Assembly: GCA_016927565.1 (NCBI GenBank)
Contig: JAFGMK010000006.1
Span: forward strand, 37,942 to 101,941
Direction: 5' to 3'
DNA: 64,000 nucleotides
DNA from: Minisyncoccota bacterium
GTDB lineage: Bacteria; Patescibacteriota; Microgenomatia; PFEM01; JAFGMK01
Below are positions 62,850 through 64,000 of this stretch, in pieces. The notes under the pieces are model-generated. The model saw only the letters and a program-made list of their open reading frames with translations, did not search any database and was not told the origin of the DNA. Within the stretch, counting starts at the first letter, position 1, and every line of letters begins with the position of its first letter. The position numbers and the translations under genes were made by a program.

Positions 62850-63608
62850 ATGAAGACAATAACTAATTCAATTTGGTTTCCGAAAACGAGCGAAAAAGCG
62901 GTCCTTTTGTTTCACGGATTGGCCAGCTCCTCCTTTGAAACCAGAGGTCTGGCAGAATATTTGACCGAAAAGAATCTGGCCGTTTATTCTCCCACTCTTT
63001 CTTTCCACCAAAGCAGAAGACTTGCTGATTTAAAAAAAGCTAATTTGGCCACTTGGAAAAAAGACGCCCGAAAAGCTTATCGAAAAGTTTCCTCTTTCAA
63101 AAAGGTTTTTGCGGGGGGAATCAGCAACGGCGCCCTTTTAGCCGCTTATTTGGCCCGACAGTATTCTCTTGCCGGGTTAATCATGATTTGCCCACCAATC
63201 AAAACCGGTTTTTCCATTTTTAAGTATTTACCCCAGGAAAAGATTTTTAAATGGCTCGGGGATAAATTCGAATACTTGCCGCGCTTCGATTTTCACATGG
63301 TCCAGAATTGGTCACTGGCCAAGAATTTGCCCCGATTCAGAAAATTACCGGCCCATTTCAGCCATCAGGCAATTCTTCTGGCCAGGGAAACGCGGGAAAA
63401 TTTGAGCAAAATCAAGAGCCCCCTCCTCGTAATTCAAGCCAAATATGATAACCGATCGGCTCCCGAAGGAATTGACTACCTTCTAAAAAACGTCGGTTCA
63501 GAAACTAAAGATCTTTTTTTAGCCAGGAATTCAGGCCATGTAGTTTTGCTTGATAATGATCGCCAGGAAATTTTCGAAAAAATTGCCCGGTTTATAAATC
63601 GCCTATGA
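62850..63608 (+). CDS. alpha/beta hydrolase (esterase/lipase-type)
   Basis: HGLASS at the start. Nucleophile elbow GISNG. Late Asp and His motifs. Confidence 0.65.
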   Translation: MKTITNSIWFPKTSEKAVLLFHGLASSSFETRGLAEYLTEKNLAVYSPTLSFHQSRRLADLKKANLATWKKDARKAYRKVSSFKKVFAGGISNGALLAAYLARQYSLAGLIMICPPIKTGFSIFKYLPQEKIFKWLGDKFEYLPRFDFHMVQNWSLAKNLPRFRKLPAHFSHQAILLARETRENLSKIKSPLLVIQAKYDNRSAPEGIDYLLKNVGSETKDLFLARNSGHVVLLDNDRQEIFEKIARFINRL

Positions 63609-64000
63609 AGTTAACCTGCATTACTATCGACATCGAAGAAGAATTCTTGAAAAATCGGACCGTGTTAAAAAAGCAAACAATCCGGCTGCTGTCCCTTTTT
63701 AAAAAGCACCAGGTCAGAGCAACTTTTTTTATTTGCGGTTATTTGGCAGAGCAGGAAGCGGGCCTGATCAAAAAAATCTCTCAAAATCATGAGATAGCTG
63801 CTCACGGCTACACTCACCATAACTTAAAAAGGCTCTGCCCTGAGAGTTTAGAAGCTGAGATTAAAAAAGCCCGGTCGGCCTTTTTAAAAATAGGTCTTGA
63901 TCCTAAAGGGTTCCGCTGTCCCTTTTTGATCATTCCCGACCAGTTGGAAAGAGTCCTTATAAAAAACCAATTTCAATATGATTCCAGCCAAAGCGCGGCT
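63605..64000 (+). CDS. polysaccharide deacetylase (NodB-homology) family protein, 3' end beyond the window
   Basis: MKLTCITIDIEE...ATFFICGYLAEQ...AAHGYTHH are NodB motifs. No stop before the window end. ATGA-coupled to the upstream gene. Confidence 0.55.
   Translation, partial: MKLTCITIDIEEEFLKNRTVLKKQTIRLLSLFKKHQVRATFFICGYLAEQEAGLIKKISQNHEIAAHGYTHHNLKRLCPESLEAEIKKARSAFLKIGLDPKGFRCPFLIIPDQLERVLIKNQFQYDSSQSAA

Overview
The window reads as a chromosomal segment from a small-genome, Gram-positive-like or CPR-type bacterium. That organism call is an inference from gene content. It rests on secD/secF, comM (yifB), a type IV pilus cluster with a PilM-PilN fusion, rnpB, miaA and a miaB-like gene, RNase J, RNase Y, HU and recX. 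It also rests on GT2 plus GT-C glycosylation genes, a Cheo-type LexA box, and DUF5679, DUF4446 and DUF3048 proteins. Most CDSs are on the minus strand.

The accessory content, in order of interest:
- An array of four same-orientation direct repeats (13465-22525) copies the comM promoter, start codon and first ~20 codons. The repeats delimit three gene segments. Segment 1 is a nucleotide-metabolism module (dNMP-kinase-like, NUDIX, RHH, YfbR-like HD). Segment 2 is compositionally atypical and carries a 1368-aa multidomain protein with a C-terminal GT1/GT-B glycosyltransferase, plus a NUDIX gene. Segment 3 encodes a SUFU-like protein, a family linked to toxin immunity.
- A dispersed palindromic repeat family (core ~37 bp, full unit ~75 bp) has four full and two partial copies. 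Two full copies sit upstream of pilin genes.
- An IS200/IS605-family (RAYT-like) HUH transposase is flanked by identical inverted 18-nt palindromes.
- A lexA plus Y-family polymerase cassette has a GAAC-N4-GTTC operator.
- A run of orphan receiver-domain proteins sits next to a 91-aa DHp-like protein.
- A 50-aa DUF5679 zinc-ribbon ORF was missed by the ORF track.
- The ORF-track entries inside the rnpB locus are spurious.

No CRISPR array, rRNA or convincing tRNA gene was found. All calls come from reading the sequence and recalling family signatures. No searches or computations were run.
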